Below, piece after piece: positions 1-8,565 of a DNA stretch of 64,000 nt (position 1 is its first letter; every line of letters starts with the position of its first letter). The position numbers were made by a program, and so were the translations under genes. The notes under the pieces were generated by a model. The model was given only the letters and a program-made list of their open reading frames with translations, was not told the origin of the DNA and ran no database searches. Source of the DNA: Bacteroidales bacterium UBA1180 (GTDB lineage Bacteria > Bacteroidota > Bacteroidia > Bacteroidales > Paludibacteraceae); assembly GCA_002310195.1 (NCBI GenBank), contig DBYS01000016.1, positions 60,278 through 124,277 of the forward strand, read 5' to 3'.

Positions 1-55
1 ATTTCACGTACGCAAAAATTCATCCGCAAAATCCGAGAATTTTACCCGAATTTCT

Positions 56-83
56 GCATTTTGCATTTTGCATCTTACATTTT
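56..83. repeat. Four heptamer units GCATTTT GCATTTT GCATCTT ACATTTT, which read (AAAATGC)n on the minus strand, directly downstream of the MBL-hydrolase stop codon
   Basis: Read directly from the sequence: 7-nt period at 56, 63, 70 and 77. Confidence 0.8.
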
Positions 84-85
84 CG

Positions 86-1573
86 CTACAATTCCACAAC
101 ATCGCGCTTCTTTGGTATGTTCAAGTTGCGGAAACCGACATCATGCAGGTGTCCCTTGAATGCCTCTTGCGCCGTCGGTTCGCCGTGAACGATAAATGTC
201 TGTTTCACCTGCTTCGGATCGATACTTTTGCTCAGATAATCAGTCATTTCCTGATAGTCGCCGTGACCGGAGAAAGCCTCGATCTTGATGATCTCCGCGT
301 TAATCTTCCTGTCCATGCCGAATATACTTATCCAGCGCTTGGACGGGTCTTGTATTCGCGCGCCCAACGACGTCGGCGTACAGTAGCCCACAATCAGGAT
401 CGTCGTACTCGGATCGGCTATGTGATTGGCTACGTGGTGTTTGATGCGTCCGGCCTCCAACATGCCCGACGCTGCGATGATGATGCTCGGCTCATCAGTG
501 TGGTTGAGCTGCTTCGACTCATTGATATCTTTGATATACTTGAGCGTATTGAATCCGAACGGATCATCGTCGAAGCGCAGCACGTCTTGTACGCCCTCGT
601 TTAGGTCGGACATATACATCCGGAAGATCTCCGTCGCGTTCACTGCCAGCGGCGAATCGACATATACGGGTATGTGCGGCAACCGGCCGTCGTTGTACAG
701 GTTATTCAACACATATACGATCTCTTGCGTCCTGCCTACGGAGAACGACGGGATGAGCAGTTTGCCTTTCTTTTCCACGCAGGTATGCTCTACCACCTCC
801 AACAGCTCCTCCTCGGTAGCCTGTTCGCCTTCGTGCAGGCGGTCGCCGTATGTAGATTCGGTGATGAGGTAGTCGCATTGCGGGAATGCCATCGGCGAGG
901 GCAGAATATGGCTCTCCGGACGGCCTATATCCCCCGTGAAAGCAATACGTTTCTTCACTACGTTCTTCGGCGCGGGAGCAAAAGCGGACATATTCTCCAT
1001 GTACCACTGGTCTTTCTTTGTCGGCTTGGGCACGAACCCTTCCTGTTCAGTTATCTCAAGGTTACAGATCGCCGACCCGAGCATGTGACCGGAGTTGGTG
1101 AACGTGAGCATCGTGTCGTCAAACAGCCGTATCGGCCGGTCGTAACTGACTGTCACGAAGTGCTTCATTACCCCGTCAACCTGCTTGAGGTCGTACAGCG
1201 GTTCGATCTTTGGCAGGTGCTGCTTGTCCATCTTCTTGTTGTACCATTTCACATCCTGTGCCTGAATATACGCCGTGTCGGCCAGCACGATCGAGCACAG
1301 GTCGCGCGTCGCGGGCGTACAATATATATCCCCGCGGAAGCCTAACTTGTATATATACGGAAGCAGTCCCGAATGATCGATATGCGCATGGCTGAGCACT
1401 ACGCAGTCCAGCGTCTTCGGATCGAAACCCAGGTCACGGTTAGCCGCATCGGTTTCCATGCCTTTACCTTGGTACATTCCGCAATCCAGAAGGATCGTAT
1501 GCCCGTTGTTAGTGGTGATGAGATGTTTGCTGCCGGTCACCTCCTCTGCAGCACCGAGGAATTGGATTTTCAT
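86..1573 (-). CDS. MBL-fold metallo-hydrolase of the beta-CASP / RNA-metabolising type
   Basis: The ORF track extends to 1792, but homolog-like sequence starts at MKIQFLGAAEEVTGSKHL (ATG at 1573). It carries the HAHIDHSG metallo-beta-lactamase motif and a C-terminal beta-CASP-like region ending in FIVHGEP. Confidence 0.8.
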   Translation of the reverse strand: MKIQFLGAAEEVTGSKHLITTNNGHTILLDCGMYQGKGMETDAANRDLGFDPKTLDCVVLSHAHIDHSGLLPYIYKLGFRGDIYCTPATRDLCSIVLADTAYIQAQDVKWYNKKMDKQHLPKIEPLYDLKQVDGVMKHFVTVSYDRPIRLFDDTMLTFTNSGHMLGSAICNLEITEQEGFVPKPTKKDQWYMENMSAFAPAPKNVVKKRIAFTGDIGRPESHILPSPMAFPQCDYLITESTYGDRLHEGEQATEEELLEVVEHTCVEKKGKLLIPSFSVGRTQEIVYVLNNLYNDGRLPHIPVYVDSPLAVNATEIFRMYMSDLNEGVQDVLRFDDDPFGFNTLKYIKDINESKQLNHTDEPSIIIAASGMLEAGRIKHHVANHIADPSTTILIVGYCTPTSLGARIQDPSKRWISIFGMDRKINAEIIKIEAFSGHGDYQEMTDYLSKSIDPKQVKQTFIVHGEPTAQEAFKGHLHDVGFRNLNIPKKRDVVEL

Positions 1574-1691
1574 GGTAGAATGATTTAATACATTTTTCAC
1601 TACAAAAATCATACCTAACTCTCCGTCGCATGCCCACTTTCTCGCAAATTGTTGCAATTCTTTCTGCAAAATACAAATAAATTGCAAAATA

Positions 1692-1723
1692 TTTGCAAAT
1701 GTGCAAAATTTTTCGTACCTTTG
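1692..1723 (+). promoter_or_regulatory. Bacteroidota-type promoter for tyrS (-33 TTTG 1692-1695, -7 TACCTTTG 1716-1723)
   Basis: Matches the TTTG / TAnnTTTG consensus with a 20-nt spacer. The ATG lies 32 nt downstream of the -7 box. Confidence 0.6.
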
Positions 1724-1754
1724 TAGGCTTTTTGAATATTTTGATACGTTAGAT

Positions 1755-3050
1755 ATGAAAAATTTTGTTGAAGAACTCCGCTGGCGTGGCATGCTTCATG
1801 ACATCATGCCCGGCACGGAAGAGCAATTGATGAAAGAGATGACCGTCGCCTATGTAGGTATCGACCCGACGGCTGACAGTCTGCATATAGGTCACCTGTG
1901 CGGCATCATGATGCTGCGCCATCTGCAGCAGTGCGGCCACAAACCCATCGCCCTCATTGGTGGAGCGACAGGTATGATTGGCGACCCTTCGGGTAAGTCC
2001 GCCGAGCGCAACCTGCTTACGGAAGAGGTGCTACGTCACAATGTTGCCGCCATACGGGCGCAACTTGAGCATTTCCTCGATTTCAACTCTGACGCACCCA
2101 ACGCCGCCGAGCTCGTGAACAACTACGATTGGATGAAGGATTACACCTTCCTCGATTTCACGCGCAATATCGGCAAGCTCATTACAGTCAACTACATGAT
2201 GGCTAAGGATAGTGTCAAGAAGCGCTTCAACGGCGAGTACAGCCAGGGCATGTCATTTACCGAGTTCACCTACCAGTTGCTGCAAGGCTATGATTTCGTC
2301 TATCTGAACGAACACAAGAACTGCAAGCTGCAAATGGGCGGCTCCGACCAATGGGGAAACATCACCACGGGTACCGATCTGATCAAGAAGATCAGCGGCA
2401 ACGAGGCCTTTGCCCTCACCTGCCCGCTCATCACCAAAGCCGACGGAGGCAAGTTCGGCAAGACCGAGTCAGGCAATGTCTGGCTATCGAAGGATTACAC
2501 CTCGCCCTACAAGTTCTACCAGTTCTGGCTCAACGTCAGCGACGATGATGCCAAACGCTACATCAAGATCTTCACATCCTTGGAGCGCGAAGAGATCGAA
2601 GCGCTCATTGCCGAGCATGAGCAGGCACCGCATCTACGCACGCTGCAGAAGCGCCTGGCCAAAGAAGTGACGATCCTCGTGCATAGCGAGGCAGACTACA
2701 ACGCAGCCGTCGAAGCCAGCAACATCCTCTTCGGCAACGCTACGGCCGAAGCACTGCACAAGCTCGACGAGCAGACGTTCCTTCAGGTGTTTGAGGGCGT
2801 TGAGCGCTACGACATCAGCCTCGACGAGCTCCGCGCCGGCATCGGACCGCTCGACCTGCTGGCCGAGAAGACGCAGATCTTCCCGTCCAAGGGCGAGGCA
2901 CGCAAGATGATCCAGGCCAACGGATTCTCGATGAACAAGGAGAAACTCACCGACCCGCAAACCCCGATCACCGACGCTGCCCTACTCAACGGCAAGTACC
3001 TACTCTTCCAGAAAGGCAAGAAGAACTACTACCTCGTAACAGCGAAATAA
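1755..3050 (+). CDS. tyrS: Tyrosine--tRNA ligase
   Basis: Has the HIGH motif (SLHIGHL), a KFGKT (KMSKS-type) motif and a C-terminal S4-like domain. The start is set at [12 protein letters not shown]. Confidence 0.95.
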   Translation: MKNFVEELRWRGMLHDIMPGTEEQLMKEMTVAYVGIDPTADSLHIGHLCGIMMLRHLQQCGHKPIALIGGATGMIGDPSGKSAERNLLTEEVLRHNVAAIRAQLEHFLDFNSDAPNAAELVNNYDWMKDYTFLDFTRNIGKLITVNYMMAKDSVKKRFNGEYSQGMSFTEFTYQLLQGYDFVYLNEHKNCKLQMGGSDQWGNITTGTDLIKKISGNEAFALTCPLITKADGGKFGKTESGNVWLSKDYTSPYKFYQFWLNVSDDDAKRYIKIFTSLEREEIEALIAEHEQAPHLRTLQKRLAKEVTILVHSEADYNAAVEASNILFGNATAEALHKLDEQTFLQVFEGVERYDISLDELRAGIGPLDLLAEKTQIFPSKGEARKMIQANGFSMNKEKLTDPQTPITDAALLNGKYLLFQKGKKNYYLVTAK

Positions 3051-3083
3051 ATCAAAAATCACAAATCATAAATCTATAGCATT
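3051..3083 (+). repeat. Heptamer-phased A-rich tract ATCAAAA ATCACAA ATCATAA ATC directly 5' of the deoD start codon
   Basis: ATC recurs every 7 nt. An 18-nt core, ATCAAAAATCACAAATCA, is identical to the tract at 35262-35289 on the minus strand. Confidence 0.8.
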
Positions 3084-3809
3084 ATGGCAAAGGAAAACAC
3101 CCCGACCCCGCATATTGGGGCACAGTATGGCGAAATTGCTAAAACCGTAATCATGGCGGGCGATCCGCTGCGTGCAAAGATGATGGCCGAGCGCTATCTC
3201 GAGAACCCTGTTCTCTTCAACCAGGTACGCGGCATGCTCGGCTACACAGGTACATACAAAGGCCAGCGCATCAGCGTTATGGGCCACGGCATGGGTATAG
3301 CATCCATCGGTATCTACACCTACGAGCTGTTCAATTTCTACGACGTCGATACGATTATCCGCGTGGGCTCATGCGGAGCACGTCAGATGTACGTCAATCT
3401 CGGCGATATCGTTATCGCTCAGGCTTGCTGCACCGACAGCAACTATGCTCTGCAGTTCCACCTGCCGGGTGACTTCGCTCCGATCGGCGATTTCCAGCTC
3501 TGCCGTCTGGCAGTGGAGTCTGCTGAGAAACGCGGTTACAAGTACCACGTAGGCAACGTCTTCTCCACCGACGCTTTCTACTGCGAGGATGACCGCAAGG
3601 TCAACTGGACGAAGATGGGCGTGCTCGCTGATGAGATGGAAGCTCCCGCTCTGTACATGAACGCCGCACGCGCAGGCAAGAAAGCCCTGTGTATCTGCAC
3701 CGTAAGCGATCATATCATCACTGGAGCAGCTACCTCCGCCGAGGAGCGCCAAACGACGTTCACCAAGATGATGGATATCGCTTTCGACGTAGCTACCAAC
3801 CAGAAGTAA
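3084..3809 (+). CDS. deoD: Purine nucleoside phosphorylase, DeoD type
   Basis: The N-terminus TPHIGAQYGEIAKTVIMAGDPLRAK and the MGHGMGIAS motif are typical of DeoD, and the length is about 240 aa. Confidence 0.9.
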   Translation: MAKENTPTPHIGAQYGEIAKTVIMAGDPLRAKMMAERYLENPVLFNQVRGMLGYTGTYKGQRISVMGHGMGIASIGIYTYELFNFYDVDTIIRVGSCGARQMYVNLGDIVIAQACCTDSNYALQFHLPGDFAPIGDFQLCRLAVESAEKRGYKYHVGNVFSTDAFYCEDDRKVNWTKMGVLADEMEAPALYMNAARAGKKALCICTVSDHIITGAATSAEERQTTFTKMMDIAFDVATNQK

Positions 3810-3812
3810 TCC

Positions 3813-4361
3813 ATGGAAGTTCTGAAAACTTCGATAGAAGGGCTGCTGATCATCGAACCCCGGGTGTTCAACGACGCCCGCGGTTTCTTCCTGGAGTCCT
3901 ACAACGAGCAGCGTTACCGCGAGGCAGGGATTGACGTGCAATTTGTGCAGGACAACCTGTCTGCCTCTTGCTACGGCGTGGTGCGCGGACTGCATTTTCA
4001 ACGACCGCCGTTCACCCAGGCCAAGCTTGTGACCTGTATCGAAGGTGCGGTACTCGATGTGGCTGTCGATCTGCGCAGCGGCAGTCCTACCTTCGGGCAG
4101 CATGTGGCGGTCGAGCTCACTGCTGATAACCACCGGCAGTTCTTCATTCCCAAGGGCTTTGCCCACGGCTTCAGCGTGCTCAGCGAACATGCGCTGTTCA
4201 GCTACAAGTGCGACGAGCTCTATCACCCCGAGGCCGACGGCGGTATCTTGCTCTCCGATCCTGCGCTCGCTATCGATTGGCGTATACCTGAGGCCGAACG
4301 CATCCTCTCGGACAAAGATACCCGTCATCCCTTACTCAAAGATTTAGGCTACACGTTATGA
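3813..4361 (+). CDS. rfbC: dTDP-4-dehydrorhamnose 3,5-epimerase
   Basis: RmlC cupin signature: FNDARGFF, RGLHFQ, and FIPKGFAHGF. Confidence 0.9.
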   Translation: MEVLKTSIEGLLIIEPRVFNDARGFFLESYNEQRYREAGIDVQFVQDNLSASCYGVVRGLHFQRPPFTQAKLVTCIEGAVLDVAVDLRSGSPTFGQHVAVELTADNHRQFFIPKGFAHGFSVLSEHALFSYKCDELYHPEADGGILLSDPALAIDWRIPEAERILSDKDTRHPLLKDLGYTL

Positions 4362-5323
4362 CTATTCTGATCACCGGCGCCAACGGCCAGTTAGGCAACG
4401 AGATGCGTATCCTTTCGGCCGCGCATCCCAAGCACACATACCTCTTCAGCGACGTTATTGTTCCTGAGGCGAGTCCTGTTGCTATCCATCCGCTCGACAT
4501 TACCGACGAAGCGGCTGTCTGCGGGTTTGTTGGCGAGCATTGCGTGGATGTCATCGTCAATTGTGCTGCCTATACCAATGTCGATAAGGCTGAGCAGGAC
4601 GAACCCACCGCGCTGCGCATCAATGCCGATGCCGTGGCCAACCTCGCGCGTAGCGGCGCACGCATTATTCATATCAGCACCGATTACGTCTTCTCCGGCG
4701 ATGAGCACTTGCCCTGCCGCGAAGATGATCCTGTCGCTCCGCGTACTGCCTATGGCCGCACGAAGCTGGCAGGCGAACAGGCCTTGCTCGCAGAGCAGCC
4801 TGATGCGATTATTTTCCGCACGGCGTGGCTGTATTCGGAGTTCGGCAACAATTTCGTCAAGACGATGCTCCGCCTCGGTCAAACCAAACAGGAGATCGGT
4901 GTCGTCTATGACCAGATCGGCACTCCCACCTACGCCCTCGATCTTGCCCGGGCGATCTTTGCGGCCATCGAGTCGGCCGCCAATGCCGACGGCTCATTCA
5001 ACCCCAACGGCTGGCACGCCGGTATCTATCACTTTACGGATGAAGGTGTCTGCTCGTGGTACGATTTTACCCTCGCCATCCACGAGATCTATAATTCTAT
5101 CCTTGCCCATAGCGCTCAGCCTGCCACCAATCCAAAGGATTGTTGTGCCTCGCCTGCCGAGCCTATACGCTGCAAGGTCCGTCCTATCCTGAGCGAGGAG
5201 TACCAGTACCTCACTCCCCGTCCCCACTATTCTGTACTAAACAAGGCGAAAGTCCGTCAGACTTTCGCCCTCACTATCCCCCACTGGCGCGATTCCCTCA
5301 TCGCCTGCCTGCGTAACATGTAA
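4358..5323 (+). CDS. rfbD: dTDP-4-dehydrorhamnose reductase
   Basis: Has the Rossmann motif ILITGANGQLG, the STDYVF motif and the PRPHYSVL C-terminal motif. It overlaps rfbC by 4 nt (ATGA). A roughly 20-aa insertion sits near the C-terminus. Confidence 0.85.
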   Translation: MTILITGANGQLGNEMRILSAAHPKHTYLFSDVIVPEASPVAIHPLDITDEAAVCGFVGEHCVDVIVNCAAYTNVDKAEQDEPTALRINADAVANLARSGARIIHISTDYVFSGDEHLPCREDDPVAPRTAYGRTKLAGEQALLAEQPDAIIFRTAWLYSEFGNNFVKTMLRLGQTKQEIGVVYDQIGTPTYALDLARAIFAAIESAANADGSFNPNGWHAGIYHFTDEGVCSWYDFTLAIHEIYNSILAHSAQPATNPKDCCASPAEPIRCKVRPILSEEYQYLTPRPHYSVLNKAKVRQTFALTIPHWRDSLIACLRNM

Positions 5324-5372
5324 TTCCCACCTGGGGAAAAGGCAGTATCACGCCATACATTTGAACAACTTC

Positions 5373-5436
5373 ATCGGGGTTTCATCGGCCCATTATCGAG
5401 CCATTATCGAGAGTATATCGGGAGTGATCGCCAATC
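5373..5436. repeat. Degenerate 11-bp tandem array anchored on ATCG (six units)
   Basis: ATCG occurs at 5373, 5384, 5395, 5406, 5417 and 5427. Units 3 and 4 share CCATTATCGAG. The array lies in the convergent spacer between rfbD and the GH9 gene. Confidence 0.8.
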
Positions 5437-7218
5437 TTACCGGCCAAGAGCGTCAAGGCCGGCGGAGAGGGCGAAGAGTGTGACATTCCAGTTGATGGTG
5501 ACCTCGTTGGAGGCGTAACTGGGTTGCTCGTCGAGGTAGCTCTCGTCGGCCGGGACATCCTTCGGGTAGATCACACCATCGGTCTCGGCATCCTGGCGCA
5601 TGCGGTTAGGTCCGCCAACAAGGAAACCCGGGTGCGTGCCCTTAGGATGGCTATACGACAGGCGGTGATGCGGATGAGACGACGGCTGGCTGCCAAAGCC
5701 CGTGACGTAACAATAGCCGGTGCTGTTCTGGCCGAGAATATAGTTCAGGCACTGCTCGGCAGCAATGCGGTATTGCGCATCGCCGGTCAGACGGTAAGCA
5801 TACAGGCACTCTACCCCACGCCAGCAGCAGCCCTCGGAATTGCAGCCCCAGAAGAATTCCTCCTCACGGTTGCCGTACGGACAACGGTGAACGGAGACAG
5901 AGTCTGCCTCCTTGATGAACGGCCGGAGATGATCGGTCAGTACGCCCTTGAGACTCTCAGCCATCGGATCTTCCGGCGAGAGATGCATCAGCCGGTCGAG
6001 TGACGCAAGTTCGGCCACATTGCCCCAGACGGATGGAGTGAACGCCGGCAGCGAGTCAGCCGCAGCCAACGCATCGGTTCGGAACGACTCCTGCTTAGTG
6101 AGCAGATAGAGTTCCGTGGCAGCCCAGTAGAACTCGTCGGTGACATCGAAATCATCGTAGGCACCGGTGGTTATCTCGGGTTGGAATTCCGCATTCATCT
6201 TCGGCTGATCGTAATACACGGCAGGGTTAGCCTGTGCCCAGGCATAAGCACGAAGCGCCGCTTCCTTGGCTTGCGCACAGAAATCGGGGTCGTGAAGCGC
6301 ATAGACGCGTGCGGCGAGCGCCATCGCAGCAGCGAAATCGAGCGATGCAGCGGTGGTCTTGAGCACCACATAACGCGGTTTGCAGCACTCGTCGGGACGA
6401 ATGAACCCCTCGAAAGCCGGTTCGGTGAGCTTGTGATACACACCGCCATCCAGATCCTGCATGGTAAGCATCCAGCGGATGTTGTACATGGCCTCGGATA
6501 ACATGTCGGGACATTTCGCCGTGCCGGCTATTTTTGATTTTTGATTTTTGATTTCAAATTTTGGGATGTTGAGGTTGAGCGTATCGAAGTAGGCCTTGTT
6601 CAGCTCGTAGGCCATGAGCCAGACGCCCATGGTATAGCCGGAGTTGACGATGTACTTGTTGTAATCGCCGGCATCGTACCAGCCACCCGGAGAGGAGATG
6701 ATAGTACCTTCCGGCCGTTCGGCAGTAGCCGCCGATGCGTGGACAAGCACACGATCGTCAGGATGCCCCGCCTTGCGTTCGTAGCCCTCGGCGTACGGCT
6801 CAACGATATCCATTGATGCGCGCTGGTAATAGAAGGCGCGGAGGGCCTTGCGCGTGAGTTCGCGATATGGATGCTCGGCAACAGTAAACGGGCATGTGAC
6901 AAGGGTTGAGCCGTTGTCCACATAGAGCGTGTAGGTGCCGAGGCGATTGAACGAGGAGAAATCAACAATCTGCCGGGGTTTGCCGGAAACGGGATTGAGC
7001 ATCGTAGCAGAAGCTGTGCCGTGCCACAGCAGATCGCCGTTGTCGTTCGTTATAGCTACATAACACGGCTCGGCATCGGGCGAGCATACATCGATAGTAG
7101 CGGTTTTCTCCTGGTCAGGAGCAAAACCGACCTGATTCAAGCGCACCTGTTGAGATGCAGAATGCTTGCACCCTACCAAGAGGGCACAAGCACTTAGAAT
7201 GCAAAATATCTTTTTCAT
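5437..7218 (-). CDS. Glycoside hydrolase family 9 endoglucanase-like lipoprotein with an N-terminal Ig-like domain
   Basis: Has a lipoprotein signal (MKKIFCILSACALLVGC) and the GH9 motifs GGWYDAGDYNKY, DGGVYHK and SYASNEVTINWN. Confidence 0.85.
   Translation of the reverse strand: MKKIFCILSACALLVGCKHSASQQVRLNQVGFAPDQEKTATIDVCSPDAEPCYVAITNDNGDLLWHGTASATMLNPVSGKPRQIVDFSSFNRLGTYTLYVDNGSTLVTCPFTVAEHPYRELTRKALRAFYYQRASMDIVEPYAEGYERKAGHPDDRVLVHASAATAERPEGTIISSPGGWYDAGDYNKYIVNSGYTMGVWLMAYELNKAYFDTLNLNIPKFEIKNQKSKIAGTAKCPDMLSEAMYNIRWMLTMQDLDGGVYHKLTEPAFEGFIRPDECCKPRYVVLKTTAASLDFAAAMALAARVYALHDPDFCAQAKEAALRAYAWAQANPAVYYDQPKMNAEFQPEITTGAYDDFDVTDEFYWAATELYLLTKQESFRTDALAAADSLPAFTPSVWGNVAELASLDRLMHLSPEDPMAESLKGVLTDHLRPFIKEADSVSVHRCPYGNREEEFFWGCNSEGCCWRGVECLYAYRLTGDAQYRIAAEQCLNYILGQNSTGYCYVTGFGSQPSSHPHHRLSYSHPKGTHPGFLVGGPNRMRQDAETDGVIYPKDVPADESYLDEQPSYASNEVTINWNVTLFALSAGLDALGR
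6531..6564 (-). repeat. (TTTTGAT)x3 on the plus strand, reading (ATCAAAA)x3 on the coding strand, embedded in frame in the GH9 gene
   Basis: The units are at 6532-6538, 6539-6545 and 6546-6552. They encode the EIKNQKSKIAG segment, which is longer than the loop I recall in other GH9 enzymes. Confidence 0.8.
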
Positions 7219-7221
7219 ACG

Positions 7222-8565
7222 TTATTTATGCAAAGGGAATTTATATGCCAGCCAGCCCATGATCGCGGCTATGACAGCCGGAAAGACGGAGAACAGGCAC
7301 CAAATCATCATCTGCACAGACTGCTCGTCGGTGATCGAGACGATCGTTTCGCCGGTGGTCATATCCTGATGTGACACCAGTCCAGCCGCACCGAGCAGCA
7401 AGGCGATCAGACTGCCGGAGATAGCTCCTCCGAACTTCTGTGCCATCGTACCAGACGAGAAGATCAGACCGGTTGAGGATGTGCCGTTTTTCTCGGTAGC
7501 ATAGTCCGCCACATCGGCGTACATTGACCAGATCAGCGGGGAGTAGAGACCGACGCCAATAGACGTGAGCACCGCCACAGCCAGCATGAGCCAGATATAC
7601 GAAGCGTCCATCGGGATGAAGAAGTACGCCACGGAAAACACCAGGCAGATCACCGACGCCCATACGAACGCCATACGCTTGGAGCCCACCCAACGGGTGA
7701 ACGCGGGGCTGAGCGCACCGAACACCATACAGGTCACCTCGTTGAAGGCGATGAACACCGTATAGTTGATGATCAGCTTGCCCACGGTAATATCGCCGCC
7801 AAGGCAGTACATGATCATGTAGCCCACCACAGCGTAACGGAAGCCGTTGAAGAAATTGGTGCAGAACGCCACGAGGGTCATATACACCCACGGGCAGTTG
7901 CGCACGAGATCGGCGAACTGCTTGAACTCGAACTTCTCCGCACGTATCGGTTCGTGCCGCTCACGGGTAAGCAGACCGCAAGCGAGGGTCATCATGGCAG
8001 CTATCAGTCCAAACACCGCGCCAACCACAGCGTACTGATGCTGCGCCGAGCCGCCGACCATCCGCTGCACATACGGGAAAGCGATCATCGTGACGAACCC
8101 CATGGCATAGGCGCCGACCATACGGAAAGCGGAGAACTGGTTCTTCTCATTGTCATCGGTGGTCATCACTCCGAGCAGCGAGCCGTAAGGCACGTTGACA
8201 GCGGTATAGACAGCCATCATCAGCAGATAGAGCGTATAAGCGTAGATGCGCTTGCCCACAGGTCCGAGATCGGGCGTGAACAGCAGCAGGGCGAAGATCA
8301 GTCCGAACGGTATAGACCCGAAGATCAGCCACGGCCGATAGGTGCCCCAGCGCGAACGGGTGCGGTCAGCCAGACTGCCCATGAGCGGGTCGGTGAACAC
8401 ATCGAAGATTCGCGCTGCGAGCATCAACGCCGCCGCGTCGGCAAACGTCAGGCCGAACACATTCGTGAAGTACAGCGGGAAAGCGACTGACATAATCTTC
8501 CAGGTGATGCCGCCGGAAGCGGCATCACCCAGAGCATAACCTATCTTTTCGCGAAACGGAGCCAT
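7222..8565 (-). CDS. Glycoside-pentoside-hexuronide (GPH):cation symporter family MFS transporter
   Basis: A 12-TM-like hydrophobic profile with the GPH-type N-terminus KIGYALGDAASGG and the motif DRTRSRWG(T)YRPW. Confidence 0.85.
   Translation of the reverse strand: MAPFREKIGYALGDAASGGITWKIMSVAFPLYFTNVFGLTFADAAALMLAARIFDVFTDPLMGSLADRTRSRWGTYRPWLIFGSIPFGLIFALLLFTPDLGPVGKRIYAYTLYLLMMAVYTAVNVPYGSLLGVMTTDDNEKNQFSAFRMVGAYAMGFVTMIAFPYVQRMVGGSAQHQYAVVGAVFGLIAAMMTLACGLLTRERHEPIRAEKFEFKQFADLVRNCPWVYMTLVAFCTNFFNGFRYAVVGYMIMYCLGGDITVGKLIINYTVFIAFNEVTCMVFGALSPAFTRWVGSKRMAFVWASVICLVFSVAYFFIPMDASYIWLMLAVAVLTSIGVGLYSPLIWSMYADVADYATEKNGTSSTGLIFSSGTMAQKFGGAISGSLIALLLGAAGLVSHQDMTTGETIVSITDEQSVQMMIWCLFSVFPAVIAAIMGWLAYKFPLHK

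Noticed and set aside
1574-1792. N-terminal extensions of ORF-track entries. Other examples are 18468-18587, 25270-25353, 32667-32810, 34117-34383, 1701-1754 and 18575-18655.
   Set aside because: The extensions run through mapped promoters, leaders or the upstream gene's end. They often begin at non-ATG codons and encode low-complexity sequence. The homolog-like N-termini begin at the internal Met codons used in the feature list.
5324-5338. The hairpin TTCCC-ACCTG-GGGAA right after the rfbD stop codon, considered as an intrinsic terminator.
   Set aside because: The stem is only 5 bp and it is followed by AAAAGG, not a T-run. This is too weak to call.
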